Origin: Ranitomeya imitator
Taxonomy: Eukaryota
DNA length: 64,000 nucleotides
Assembly: GCF_032444005.1 (NCBI RefSeq)
Contig: NC_091284.1
Span: 324,694,001-324,758,000 of the forward strand
Direction of reading: 5' to 3'
The notes under the pieces are model-generated. The model did no database searches, was not told where the DNA came from, and worked only from the letters and a program-made list of their open reading frames with translations. Positions 1 to 10,499 of this stretch are shown here, one piece after another; position 1 is the stretch's first letter; every line of letters begins with the position of its first letter. The position numbers and the translations under genes were made by a program.

Positions 1-1770
1 CCAAATATACAATCATAAATCTATCCAGGTACTCTCGGAAGATGTCATGCATAAAGGACTGAAACACAGATGGAGCATTAGAAAGCCCGAATGGCATAAC
101 CAGGTACTCAAAATGGCCCTCGGGCGTATTAAATGCTGTTTTCCATTCATCACCCTGTTTAATTCGCACAAGATTATACGCCCCTCAAAGATCTATCTTG
201 GTGAACCAACTAGCCCCCTTAATCCAAGCAAATAAATCAGACAGCAGCGGCAAAGGATACTGAAATTTGACTGTGGTCTTATTAAGAAGGCGGTAATCAA
301 TACAAGGTCTCAAAGAACCATCCTTCTTGGCCACAAAAAAGAACCCTGCTCCCAATGGTGACGATGACGGACGAATATGACCCTTCTCCAAGGATTCCTT
401 TATATAACTCCGCATAGCGGCGTGCTCTGGCACAGATAAATTAAACAGACGGCCCTTAGGAAACTTACTACCAGGAATCAAATTAATAGCACAGTCGCAA
501 TCCCTATGAGGAGGTAGGGCACCAGATTTGGGCTCTTCAAATACATCCCGGTAATCTGATAAAAACTCAGGGACTTCAGAAGGAGTGGAAGGCGAAATTG
601 ACAGCAATGGAACATCACCATGTTCCCCCTGACAACCCCAGCTGGACACAGACATAGATTTCCAATCCAACACTGGATTATGGACCTGTAGCCATGGCAA
701 CCCCAAAACGACCACATCATGCAGATTATGCAACACCAAAAAGCGAATATCCTCCTGATGTGCAGGAGCCATGCACATGGTCAATTGAGTCCAGTACTGA
801 GGCTTATTCTTGGCCAAAGGCGTAGCATCAATTCCTCTCAATGGAATAGAATACTGCAAGGGCTCCAAGAAAAAACCACAGCGCCTGGCAAACTCCAAGT
901 CCATCAAATTCAGGGCAGCGCCTGAATCCACAAATGCCATTACAGAATAGGACGACAGAGAGCAAATCAGAGTAACGGACAAAAGAAATTTAGACTGTAC
1001 CGTACCAATGGTGGCAGACCTAGCGAACCGCTTAGTGCGCTTAGGACAATCGGAGATAGCATGAGTGGATTCACCACAGTAAAAACACAGCCCATTCCGA
1101 CGTCTGTGTTCTTGCCGTTCAGCTCTAGTCAAAGTCCTATCACATTGCATAGGCTCAGGCCTATGCTCAGAGAATACCGCCAGATGGTGCACAGCTTTGT
1201 GCTCACGCATGCGCCGATCGATCTGAATGGCCAAGGACATAGACTCATTCAGACCAGCAGGCGTGGGAAATCCCACCATGACATCCTTAAGGGCTTCAGA
1301 AAGACCCTTTCTGAAAATTGCCGCCAGGGCACATTCATTCCACTGAGTAAGCACAGACCACTTTCTAAACTTCTGACAGTACACCTCCGCTTCATCCTGA
1401 CCCTGACACAAAGCCAGCAAGATTTTCTCTGCCTGATCCACTGAATTTGGTTCATCATAAAGCAATCCAAGCGCCAGAAAAAAACGCATCTACATCTCGC
1501 AAGGGAAAATGCCCAGTCTTGAGGGTCACCACGCAAAAAAGAAATTATGATTTTTACTTGTTGAACGGGGTCACCAGAGGAGCGGGGTTTCAAAGCTAGA
1601 AACAGTTTACAATTATTTTTGAAATTCAAGAATCTAGATCTATCGCCAGAAAATAAATCAGGAATAGGAATTCTAGGCTCTAACATAGGATTCTGAACCA
1701 CAAAATCTTGAATGTTTTGTACCCTTGCAATGAGATGATCCACACAAGAGGATAGACCCTGAATGTCCAT
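1..1770 (-). pseudogene. gag-pol polyprotein (retrotransposon gag, zinc knuckle, protease, RT), disrupted
   Basis: Gag PDLFSGDRSRFLNFKNNC; knuckle [14 protein letters not shown]; protease FVDSGAALN; [13 protein letters not shown]...FTKIDL*GAYNL...EWKTAF...MPFGLSNAP. Frameshift near 1490-1500 and TGA at 185-187 where LRGAY is expected. Confidence 0.93.
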
Positions 1771-1895
1771 CTCTACACCTGTGTCCTGAACCACCCAGAG
1801 GTCTAAGGGAAAAGAAAGACAAAACACAGTGCAAAGAAAAAAAAATGGTCTCAGAAGTCCTCTTATCCCTCTATTGAGATGCATTAATACTTTGG

Positions 1896-1904
1896 GCCAG
1901 CTGT
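1896..1904 (-). promoter_or_regulatory. putative self-priming primer-binding site (ACAGCTGGC)
   Basis: Starts 2 nt inside the LTR boundary; exact reverse complement of GCCAGCTGT at LTR 2512-2504; no TGG tRNA-type PBS adjacent to the LTR. Confidence 0.6.
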
Positions 1905-1906
1905 AC

Positions 1907-2695
1907 TGTTATGACCTGGTGGTTATGAGCACCCGACCTGATAGTTAAACTCATACAGGACGAGCTCTGGGATGTGGGAGCTCTGCTGACCGCAAGCCCT
2001 AATCCTATCGCACACACTAAAAATAGCCGTGGAGCGCTCCTGACGCTCCCTTGGTGCCTCGTCACAGCCTCAGAGCTAGCTAGCCCTAGAGATAGAAAAT
2101 AAAGCCTACCTTGCCTCAGAGAAATTCCCCAAAGGAATAGGCAGCCCCCCACATATAATGACTGTGAGTAAAGATGAAAGTCACAAACGCAGAAATGAAA
2201 TAGGTTTCAGCAAAGGGAGGCCAGACTTACTAAATAGACTGAGGATAGGAAAGGAAACTTTGCGGTCAGCACAAAAACCTACAAAAGACCATGCAGAGTG
2301 TGCAAAAGGGTCCTCCGCACCGACTCACGGTGCGGGGGGTGCCACTCTGCATCCCAGAGCTTCCAGCTAGCAAGACAAAATCAGGATAACCAGCTGGACA
2401 AAGAAACAATGAGCAAAAATATCAATAAGGAACTTAGCTTCTGCAGGAGAAGACAGGTCACCAGGCAGATCCAGGAGCGAACTGAACCAATGCTAAAACA
2501 TTGACAGCTGGCATGGAGTAACGATCTGAGTGGAGTTAAATAGAGAAGCCTACCAAAGGATAAACCACGTCACCTGTGTAAGGAACCTCAGAAGCAGCAG
2601 CTTCACTCATAGCCACCAGAGGGAGCCCATAGACAGAACTCGCCGAAGTACCATTCACGACCACAGGAGGGAGTTCGACAACAGAATTCACAACA
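1907..2695 (-). repeat. 5' LTR (789 bp) of the Gypsy element
   Basis: TG...CA termini (plus strand TGTTATGA at 1907, CACAACA ending 2695); directly upstream of gag; TATA-like TATTTAA on the minus strand at 2536-2542. Confidence 0.88.
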
Positions 2696-2950
2696 GTAGG
2701 CCCAAAAAAGTAAGTAGGCTAAATGCAGTTCAAAATTGCTAACAGGACTAAACTGGCGGCATTGCTTTGTTCAGTGGAGGAGGACAACTGTAATGAGAGG
2801 CTGACACAGTCGGCCCAAAAAAGTAAGTAGGCTAAATGCAGTTCTAAATTGCTAACAGGACTAAACAGGCAGCATTGCTTTATTCAGTGGAGGACAACTG
2901 TAATGAGTGGCTGACACAGTTAGTAGGCCCAAATAAAAAAGTGGGCTAAA
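2696..2950. repeat. ~120-bp tandem repeat (about 2 copies) in the hAT subterminal region
   Basis: Repeated GGCCCAAAAAAGTAAGTAGGCTAAATGCAGTT...GGACAACTGTAATGAG. Confidence 0.8.
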
Positions 2951-3541
2951 TTGTTCATAAATAAACAGGTGGCATAGCTAGGTATAGGGGTCGGCTCTTC
3001 TGCTGAGTAGCAGACAGTGGTAGTTGGCACAAAGTATTCACAGGTCTAAATGGAGGCCAGGGCCCCTGTATATTTTAACTATCATCTATCATTTCAACAA
3101 ATTTGTGTTGGCAGTGCCTTTGAAGGATTTAACAGCACAGACTACACAGTGGTGGAGCAGGGAGAGGTAAGTATTGCAAGTGGTAGAGCACTGATCGAGC
3201 TGGGGGAACACTCTCTCGTGGGCGGCGGTACTGGCACAGGGCCTCTCATATTACGATGGAGTGTCTGACGTTGGTTGTGCACCACCACCATCAGAGACTC
3301 TTCATTGTACTATGAGGGACCCTGTGCCAGTGCCGTCGCCCAAGAGTGGGCACACCCACCTGTCCAGGCAAATGGCACTCGCACGGGTGCTTGTGCCAAG
3401 TGGTGACCACAGCCCTGTGGGGGAAGTCAGCCCATTTAGGGAGGTATAAAAATGGCCTATGGTGGACATTCAGCAGCTGCAAATGGAGGAATTGGAGCAG
3501 TCAGTAAGAGGAGGCCAAAAGCAAGACATTTTTCAGGCAAG

Positions 3542-6500
3542 CTATGTGTCAGCAGGGGAAGGTGGGGCAAAATAATTTGAAATCCATGATTGGTTCATTT
3601 TAATGAAGGTTAGATCATCAACATTTCGGGTAGCCAGACGTGTCCTTTTTTCGGTCAGTATTGAACCAGCAGCACTGAAGAGTCTTTCTGATAGCACACT
3701 AGCAGCAGGGCAAGCGAGCTCCTGTAATGCATATTCTGCCAATTCAGGCCAGGTGTCTATTTTAGATGCCCAGTAATCAAAGGGGAATGACCTGTGAGGG
3801 AGAACATCGATAAGGGAGGAAAAATAGTTTGTAACCATACTGGACAAATGCTGTCTCCTGTCACTTTGAATCGATGCAGCAGTACCTGTCATGTCTGCGG
3901 TCATTGCGAAATCACTCCACAACCTGGTCATTAATCCCCTCTGTCCAACGCCACTTCGGATTTGTGCACCTCTAACACCTCTGCCATGTTGCCCCCTACT
4001 GTGCTGGGAATTGTCTGAACCAAACGGTCTACAAGAGTTGCTTTTTTGGTAGCCAATATTTGCTCAAGGTTCTCATGTGGCATGATATTTTGTAATTTTC
4101 CTTTGTATTGTGGATCCAGGAGGCAGGCCAACCAGTAATCATCATCGGTCATCATTTTGATAATGCGGGGGTCCCTTTTTAGGATACGCAAGGCATACTC
4201 AGCCATGTGGGCCAATGTTCCAGGTGTCAATTCACTGCTTGTGCTTGGCTGAGGAGCACTTTCTTGCAAATCAACATCACTTGTGTCCCGCAAAAACCCT
4301 GTACCTGACCTTGCAACGCCACCAGTTTCTATTGCCCCCTGAGAAGCATCCTCCTCCCATAAATATTCAGCCCCATCATCCTCCTCCTCCTCTTCATCCG
4401 CCACCTCGTCCAGGAGAGTTCCCTGAGCAGACAATGATTGACTGTCATCAAGGCATCTCTCCTCCTCGGCTGCAGACGCCTGCTCCTTAATGTGCATCAA
4501 CGTTTGCATCAGCATATGCATTAGTGGGATGCTCATGCTTATGATGGTGTCGTCTACACTTACCAGCCAAGTGCATTCCTCAAAACACTGAAGGACTTGA
4601 CAGAGGTCTTGTAGCTTCGACCACTGCACACCAGACAACTCCATGTCTGCCATCCAACTACCTGCCCGTGTATGTGTATCCTCCCACAAATAAATTACAG
4701 CACGCCTCTGTTCGCACAGCCTCTGAAGCATGTGCAGTGTGGAGTTCCACCTAGTTGCAACGTCGAATATTAGGCGGTGCTGGGGAAGATTCAGCTATTG
4801 CTGAGGGTTCAGCATATGGCTGGAGTGTACAGGCGGCCGGCAGATGTGCGAGCAAAGTCTTCGCACCTTCAGGAGCAGGGCTGGTAGCCCCGGATAATTT
4901 TTCAGGAAGCACCGCACCACCAGGTTCAAGGTGTGGGCCAGGCAATGTATGTGTTTCAGTTCTGAAAGGGCTATGGCAGCCATAAAATTCCTTCCATTAT
5001 CACTGACTACCTTGCCTGCCTCAATATGTACACTGCCCAGCCATGACTGAGTTTCTTGCTGCAAGTACTCAGCCAGTACTTCCGCGGTGTGTCTGTTGTC
5101 GCCCAAACACTTCATTTCTAACACAGCTTGCTGACGCTTACCACTAGCTGTTCGATAATGGGGCACCTCGTGTGCAACACTGGCAGCTGCGGATGGAGTG
5201 GTCATGCAACTGCGCTCTATGGACAAGCTTTCGCTTCTGGAGGAGGAGGAGGGGTGGCGAAAGCCTACAGCCAACTGTTTCTTAGACCGTGGGCTAGGCA
5301 GAACTGTCCCACTATGGCTGTCCCCTGTGGACCCTGCATTCACCACATTAACCCAGTGTGCCGTGATGGACACGTAACGTCCCTGGCCATGCCTACTGGT
5401 CCATGCAGCTGTTGTGAGGTGCACCTTTCTACTGACTGATTGCCTCAGTGCATGGACAATGCGGTCTTTGACATGCTGGTGGAGGGCTGGGATGGCTTTT
5501 CTCGCAAAGAAGTGTCGACTGGGTAGGTCATACCGTGGTAATGCGTAGGCCATCAGGGCTTTGAAAGCTTTGCTTTCAACCAACCGGTAGGGCATCATCT
5601 CTAACGAGATTAGTCTAGCAATGTGGGTGTTCAAACCCTGTGTACGCGGATGAGAGGATGAGTACTTTCTTTTCCTAACAATAGTCTCTTGTAGGGTGAG
5701 CTGGACTGGAGAGCTGCATATGGTGGAACTAGCGGGGGTGGTTGTGGACATGGCAGATTGAGAGAGGGTTGGTGATGGTATTCTTGATGTTGGCCTACAT
5801 ACAGTGTTTCCTACCAAGAACCTTGTGATTCCCTGACAGCTTTGGCCTTGCGACGATACCTCCACATTTGCTGCTGGTGGTGTTCTAACCGGTGGGCTTA
5901 CAGTGAGGGAAGCAATGTAGCGTTGCTGACTACTTCATTCTGAGCAGGTGCACCAACGGTACGGGACGTTTGGTAGTTAGTCCAGGTTTGCAAGTGCATG
6001 CTGGTTAAATGTCTAAGCATGCAAATTTTGGAGATTCTTCCCTCTGCTAAAGGTCTTGGAGCATTTCTTACAGATAACTTTGCACTGATCATTTGGATCT
6101 TGGTTAAAAAATTGCCACACTACACTCTTCCTACTATGGAATACCTTTTCAGGCATTGCACGCTGTGCTACTTTCCCTGGATGGCCATGCTGTCCTAAAA
6201 CTGTTTTTGTTTTTGACAAACGTTTTTGGCCAGATACGGGCCTGCCAGATGAAAGCTGTTGCGATGTAGATGGCTGCTGCGGATCATCCTCATCCGCTTC
6301 TGAGCTACTGGCAGCGGCACCCTCTTCCCCCAATGGCTGCCAATCTGGGTCAACAACTGGGTCATCTATCACCTCCTCTTCAATGTCATGTGCACCTTCC
6401 TCTGTGTCACCGTGTAAGGTGCTGTAGCATTCGGGACGGGGCACCATAGTCTCATCAGGGTCAGATTCTGGCTCAGTACACTGCGAGGGCAATGTAGTGA

Positions 6501-7020
6501 TCTGAGTCACTGGAACAGCATAATAATCTAGCTGTGGCAGTGCATCAGTGAACTCCATATCCGATTCATCTTGTAATGGGCTGTTAACAATATCCCTTTC
6601 TAACGCAGGCACGGTATGTGTAAAGAGCTCCATGGAGTAAACTGTAGTGTCGCCTGCCGCATCCTTCACTTTTGGTTTGGGTGAAGGACACAAGGAAGCG
6701 ACTTGTTCCTGAATGGGAGCATCCACTGACGACTCGCTGCTTTTATATTTGGAACTTTCTGAAGAGGAGGCGAAAGAGCTAGAGGCTGAGTCAGCAAGGA
6801 AAGCCAAAACTTTTTCCTGCCGCTCCGGCTTTAAAAGTGGTTTTCCTACTCCCAGATAAGGGAGCCTTCGAGGCCTTGTGTAGCCAGACAATGACGCTGG
6901 CTCAACACCTCGAGCCTTAGGTGCTATTTTGCTTTTCCCACTACCATCAGATGTTCCACCACCACCATCAGTACCAGCTGGCAACAACCGCCCACGGCCT
7001 CTTCCACCAGACTTCCTCAT
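3542..7020 (-). pseudogene. hAT transposase (BED finger, catalytic domain, hATC dimerisation domain) split over four ORFs
   Basis: BED: SVVWQFF...KVICKKC...MLRHLTSMH; KVHLTTAAWTS (first catalytic D lost); VSDNGRN; CLAHTLNLVV; WPELAEYA...PAASVLSERLFSAAG; several frameshifts and stops. Confidence 0.92.
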
Positions 7021-7099
7021 TTTTGGGAAAATCTAACCAAAATAACAACCGTTATATGGTACTGTAAAACAAGGTAGAAGGTGTTTATAAACTTGTTGA

Positions 7100-7610
7100 G
7101 AATTTAAATCTCCCTTTTTTTCGGGGGGAGACTGAACCAAAACTCAGGCCCAGTGTAAAACACTACACAATGTAAGTGGCAGAACGTGGCTGGCTGATAT
7201 ACGACAAACTAACAGAACTGATATAGATCCACTTTGTGACAATTTAAATCTCCCTTTTTTGGGGGGGAGACTGCACCAAAACTCAGGCCCAGTGTATAAC
7301 ACTACACAATGTAAGTGGCTGGAAGATATACGACAAACTAATAGAACTGACGTAGATCCACTTTGTGACAATTTAAATCTCCCTTTTTTTGGGGGGAGAC
7401 TGCAACAAAACTCAGGCCCAGTGTATAACACTACACAATGTAAATGGCACAATGTGGCTGGAAGATATACGACAAACTAACAGAACTGACGTAGATCCAC
7501 TTTGTGACAATATGAATCTCCATTTTTTTTGGGGGGAGACTGCACCAAAACTCAGGCCCAATGTATAACACTACACAATGTAAGTGGCAGAACGTGGCTG
7601 GAAGATATAT
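7100..7610. repeat. ~120-bp tandem repeat (about 4 copies) upstream of the hAT transposase
   Basis: Repeated AATTTAAATCTCCC(T)n(G)nAGACTG...AAAACTCAGGCCCAGTG...ACTACACAATGTAAGTGGC. Confidence 0.9.
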
Positions 7611-8319
7611 GATAAAATACAAGGACTGTAGTACAATTTCTATCTCCCTACAATGATCTCAGGACAAGTATGGCAGCAATAAAAAGGACTGCTGCACACA
7701 AAAGTGTGGACAAATAAACAAGATAACTGTGTAGAAAGGAGCAACAGGATTGTTGCTTTAAAAAAAGCAGCTGGTTTGCACAGCGGCGTACAAACAGCAA
7801 TGCAGCTATCAGGGAGCCTTATAAGGCAGCCTAATAAGCTACAGAGCTGATGCACAAAAATATAAACTCCACTGTCCCTGCAAACAAATGGTGGTGTTGG
7901 ACAGTGGAAATCGCTACAGCACAAGCAGCTTCGGGGCTTAATCTTCCCTCCCTAACTATATCCCTTCTTCTGATGAAGCTGCAGCAACCTCTCCCTATGC
8001 TAAGATCGGCAGAAGTAAGATGGCGGTCGGCGTGCACGCCCCTTAATAGCCCCTGTGATGCCGCAGAAAGCAAGCCAATCACTGTCATGCCCTTCTCTAA
8101 GATGGTGGGGACCAAGACCTATCTCATCACGCTGCCCACACTCTGCGTCCTCCTTCATTGGCTGAAAAATGTCACTGAAAGCATGATACGCAACTTTGGC
8201 ACGAAGATCGCCGACCTCATGGCCGATCCCACACTAGGATCGGGTCGGATTTCACAAAACCCGACTTTGCCGAAAGTTGTCGAATTTTGAATTTGTCCGA
8301 TCCGTTTCGCTCAACCCTA

Positions 8320-9065
8320 GTAGGTGCGTTCACAAATCTGGGGTCCATCATGCAGGAGAGAACCTGCTGATAGTAAACAGACGGCACTATATGGCGGTAT
8401 AAGTAAACTCTATTACCTCACAGAGTCGCTTTATGACAAGAGAACGCTGTGCCCTGTTAACCTCACAGAGGAACACAGCTATAAACTAGAGTGAACAGTG
8501 GTCATGCAGTCAGAAGCACGCACAAAACTCCTCACTGGAGGTGTCGGTATTCTAGGGTCTTATTTCAGTCAGGCCCTGAATCCATACACACAAAAATCCT
8601 CACTGGAGGTGCCGGTATTCTAGGGGCTTATTTCAGCCGAACCCTAACATAACCACACTGGCGCTGAAGACGTAACATAGTTGATTCTAGCGCATGGCCT
8701 TGCGGCCATGCAAACCTTTTATAGTTGCAGTAACTTCAGGAGGACCAAGAGGACCAATGGAAGCTGCTACAGGACCTGCGCATGTGACCCCTGACCTCCA
8801 ATGAAAGGTCATCCCTTGGGCATGCTCAGTAGCGGCAAAGCAGGACTTAGTCCCAAAAGCATCTGCTTGCTGAGGAATAGTGCTAGTTACAATGGCTGAG
8901 CCTGGAAATGCAGCAGTAACCATCCGCACAGTATCAGGCTGAGCCAGACGCTGGGACCGACGTCTCCCCTGAGCAGACTCCACTGCAGTTGGAGGAGAAT
9001 GGGAGACTGCAGCAGACATGGTTCGAGATTCCCCCTGTACAGCGGCGGGAACTCGACCCCTAACA
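8320..9065. mobile_element. solo LTR fragment (same family as 31228-32130), one end displaced by the hAT insertion
   Basis: Colinear similarity to 31270-32130 (GGTGCGTTC...GGGGTCCA...GAACCTGCTG; ends GCGGGAACTCGACCCCTAACA). Confidence 0.82.
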
Positions 9066-9612
9066 CCCTATATAATAACTGGATTGATTTCCCCCTTTTC
9101 CTCTCTGATCTGCTAATCACAACCCTCTCACCCCCACTGTTGCTATCTCTAATAAGAGGGAACAGAGCAGAGTGAACCAATACAACCAAGAGCAGAGCTT
9201 TGATGAAATTTTTGTAAGATCTTTAGATAAACTAAAATAGGGTTCACTAGTATTTGGACAGAGCATGCCAAAAGTCAGGAACCACCTTTCATGCATAATG
9301 CATGGGAAGAGGCAAAAGGAATTGATTTATCATTAAATCAGTCCAATAGATCTAGCAAAATTTTACACCATAACAATGCCATCACATGTAACATTTTTTA
9401 TTTTTGCTACTGTCAAATATGCTTATTGCCTGCCATATTCTTCATAGTGTACAGTGCTCCCCATCCCCCACATTTACATGCCTAGAGTGTCTTTCTTGTC
9501 AAACAGCTAAGACATGCCACTGGCTGCATAATACAGTGAATTTAGTAGGGGGTAGATATGAATACTAAATGTTCCAATCAGTTCTTGAATGTTTCATATT
9601 AGCAGACTATTA

Positions 9613-10010
9613 GGCTATGTGCACATATAGGAAAAGAGGTGCAGAATTTTCTGCACAAAATCCGCATCTCCTGGCAGAATCCGCAGCCGCGGATTTGCCG
9701 CGGTTTTTATGTGGATTTTGTGCGATTTATAGGCGGAATTGATGCGGATTTTGTGTGGATTTTCTGCGGTTTTTGCCACTGCGAAACTCATGGAAGGGTG
9801 CAGAAACGCGGCAGATCCGCACAAAAGAAATGACATGCACTTCTTTGAAATCCGCAGCAATTCCACACTGATTTTTCCGCACCATCTGCACAGCTTTTTT
9901 TTCCCCATTGAATAACATTGTACTGTACATCACAGAGCAAATCTGCAGCGTTTCTGCGCGGAAAAATCCGCTGCGGATCCGGAGCAAATCCGGATTGTGT
10001 GCACATAGCC
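9613..10010. mobile_element. PIF/Harbinger-type MITE
   Basis: TIR GGCTATGTGCAC/GTGCACATAGCC; TTA TSD on both sides (9610-9612, 10011-10013). Confidence 0.9.
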
Positions 10011-10499
10011 TTAGAAAAATAGAAATCAAAATATTACACTTTTCCATGCAATTATCCTTTATTGCAAGTATCAGTGATGAGTTGAACCACTGATAAAATG
10101 CAATATGAGGTCCTATTCCCATGTTATTGGCATGTAAGATCACTCTTAGCTGCAGTCATAGAGATAATTGCAGGACCTGAGCTATCACCGGTGTACATTT
10201 ACACATTATGACTATAGAACCTTCAAGTAGCGCAAAAAGTGTTACTTGTAAAATGGCAATAAGTTTCACGTGTCCTGACTTTAGATAACATTTATGTAAC
10301 ATGCATTTATGCAGCAAGACAGCAGATAGCAGCTATTTTCTTTGTCTACAGAAATTTCGCAATTTTAAATCAATGCAATAGAATTAACATAGAATTATAC
10401 ATTACTGTACAGTGCTGCTGAATATGTCAGTACCATATAAATAATGAAAAAAGTTAAGAAAAAATATGCACAAAAATATACATAAATAAACATGACAGT

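Larger units (their letters stand above)
1..2695 (-). mobile_element. Ty3/Gypsy LTR retrotransposon (Tf1/sushi-like), 5' part; continues beyond the left edge
   Basis: 5' LTR at 1907-2695, followed on the minus strand by gag, a CCHC knuckle, an aspartic protease and RT motifs. Confidence 0.95.
2696..8319 (-). mobile_element. hAT DNA transposon, decayed, interrupted at its 3' side by the Gypsy element
   Basis: Terminal sequence TAGGGTTGAGCGAAACGGATCGG on the minus strand starting at 8319; internal transposase remnants; subterminal tandem repeats. Confidence 0.9.

Noticed and set aside
1480-1510. Frame change between the two gag ORFs as a PEG10-like programmed -1 frameshift
   Set aside because: It falls in the middle of the gag domain rather than at the gag-protease boundary, no slippery heptamer is evident, and it looks like a small deletion.
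185-1884. Domesticated PEG10/RTL1-type host gene
   Set aside because: An LTR is attached and the frame has a frameshift and a premature stop, so it is an ordinary retrotransposon copy.
3542-7020. Host ZBED gene
   Set aside because: It has multiple frameshifts, a transposon terminus at 8319 and a lost catalytic Asp.
9727-10143. 138-aa minus-strand ORF beginning MILHANNMGIGPHIAFYQW as a host exon
   Set aside because: Most of it runs through a MITE, I recognise no protein family, and there is no convincing splice donor.
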